From Eledone cirrhosa (lineage: Eukaryota): DNA of 64,000 bases. The translations under genes were made by a program, and so were the position numbers. Below, one piece after another: positions 61,989-64,000 of this stretch. Position 1 is the first letter of the stretch; each line of letters begins with the position of its first letter. The stretch spans positions 132,494,001 to 132,558,000 of the forward strand of contig OZ024740.1 in the NCBI GenBank assembly GCA_964016885.1, in the 5' to 3' direction. The notes beneath the pieces were generated by a model. It was not told the origin of the DNA. It did not search any database and saw nothing but the letters and a program-made list of their open reading frames with translations.

Positions 61989-64000
61989 GTTTACAATTGT
62001 TTCGCTTCTCCATATAATGTTTCTGGATCAGATGACTATATATCATAATTGATCTGGTTCAGTTGAAAATAATTAACAAATTTAAAAAACAGAGCGGCTC
62101 ATCGGAACTTCAAAGGAATATAAATTAAAATAATGAGAGAATGTTACATAATATAATCTTCCATATATTGGTTTTTCACTGTGGTGTCTTGTTTGCATCA
62201 TTTGTCAGACATAATCAAGCAGTATTCATCTGTCGATGCTGCATTATGTGAGATCTGCCTATGGGTATCAAGATGGCTGTCAAAGGACATATTTACCTTA
62301 CTAATTAGAGGGTGGTTTCCGGGGAAGTAACTCCTCGAGAGATTAGAAATTGTGGGTAGTTTATAGTTAAGTGCTAATTTTTTATTTTTTTAATGGAGAG
62401 ACAATGTAGGAGAGGTAACTTATAATTATCTAAGTTAGTCATAGCTATTTAACTTATTAGCTACGAGTAAAAATAGGGCTAGATGACTAAGTTGGGTCAA
62501 ATATTCTATTGGCGAAGGAATTAGCCCTGCGATGTAGACAGCTAATAGTTACCTCCGTTCTATCGTTAATCGGTAGAGGTCGTGATAGAGTTATGTAATA
62601 TGCTTCTGTAATACAGAGATCACAAGATTTTCTTCGTCCATTGAACGGTTGGGCCCTAGCCACGATATCTCATTTTAGTGAGTGTTGAACGTTGCTTAAT
62701 TTAAGTTTTTTAATGAGCCTAGCTAGCGATGTGGAACATTTGTTGCTAGGGTCTCCGAAGGAAAAAAGTGCGCGTTATAGCGTACCTTAAAAGGGTTAGA
62801 GGTAGACCCGATATAAGAGCTGGTATTCGAAGCAGCTTTAACCGTGCACCTATAGACTATGTTGGGTGTCAGGCAGTGTCCATTTAATGGGCATGCATTA
62901 GGATAACGGCAGTTGCAGTTGCTTCTGCGGTTAGTGAGAGTAGGGTAGTTTAACCTAAGCGGTAGGTCAGTGCTAGAAGGATTAGATGGGGGAGGTGTGC
63001 TACTAGAGTAATTATTGGTGTAGTGGCGTGGTGTATTTGATAGGGGTGGTGGTACCGTGGTGTGGGAGTTATACTGTCTTAGTGTATGATAGTTACTGAA
63101 CGCGATGTGGCTAGCTAGGTTAGGTGTTGTGGAGAATGAAATTTTAATGTTATTTTTTATTAAAGAGTTTGTAATATCTATGGTTGGGGGGAAATGTTTA
63201 GATATGATAGAGAAGAAGCGTTTAGGGATATTAGTGGCTAGATTAGATGAGAATGGGGGTTTAAGTCATGTGATATTTCTAGGTATATTCCTTCTAGGGG
63301 TTCTAGTGGAGTTGGTAGGTGCCTTTCTAGGGTTATTATTACCTGGTGATTTGTTATTTGTCATCCCATTTCTCATTCCTACTCTAGGGTTGATTTTTAG
63401 TTTGCTACTAAATGGTGGCAGGGCCCTGCCACCATTAAACTTCCCTGTATAGGTGCTGTTACTGCTAAAATTCCGGCGAATCTGGCTATATGCTAAGGTA
63501 TATCTAGTTCTAGTGTTAAGTTTTTTATGGTGAATTGCTGTGTTATGGCATTTAAGTATGTAATAAATTGATTGTTCATAACCAGATTCAGAAAGAGCCT
63601 TATTATAATATTGTGCATGGTTTATAAATATCTCCTTATTTGCTGATAGCATTGAGATCCTATACGAGATAGATTTGATTACTGCTCTGATGACTGCCGG
63701 TGGGTGGTTAGAGTGTGGGCTAATATATGTGAGTATTTCACCTGGTTTATGGTAAGGGTAATACATACATACATACCTAAATGCCATAACACAACAATTC
63801 ACCATAATAAACTTAACACTAGAACTAGAAATACCTTAGCACATAAAGTTACTAAGCATACAAAGTTACTAAGACAAAACCTATATCTTGCTAGCATAAG
63901 TATACTTCTGTATAAATGTGTTGGTAGATATACTAATTCTTTATAATTATCTGCAGATTATTTGTTGAGCAAAAATTCGCCTGAATTACTGCTATGATTC
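61989..64000 (-). mobile_element. Decayed Naiad-type PLE running off the window edge
   Basis: YHKPGEILTYISPHSNHPP...RISMLS at 63266-63805. CNCRYPNACPLNGHC and YIGST at ~62800-62920. An HHR-like motif lies at 61989-62108. Confidence 0.85.

Overview
AT-rich animal DNA full of (TA)n and (TG)n microsatellites. It is probably from a cephalopod such as octopus, inferred from the SINE type and repeat landscape. No host protein-coding gene could be supported, and most short ORFs in the track are microsatellite artefacts (YIYI, CVCV). The window is largely transposon-derived. It holds six Penelope-like retroelements (PLEs, RT plus GIY-YIG); four have the CxCx5CPLxxxC linker of Naiad-type PLEs and one has a single visible lesion. 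It also holds a decayed full-length Helitron and a non-autonomous Helitron, a decayed L1/Tx1-type LINE, a decayed RTE-type LINE and four tRNA-derived SINE copies. The main hidden signal is about 20 type I hammerhead ribozyme (HHR) motifs from a dozen or more unrelated sequence families, read by eye. They sit at the 3' ends of PLEs or of short non-coding 'foldback' inserts embedded in (TA)n tracts. Several have non-canonical cores: U3:A8 covariation, A at position 4, or very long stem II. Many inserts fold back at or near the ribozyme stem II. One (TA)n site shows a double snap-back duplication resembling repair of a hairpin-capped break. All ribozyme calls and boundaries are manual and untested.
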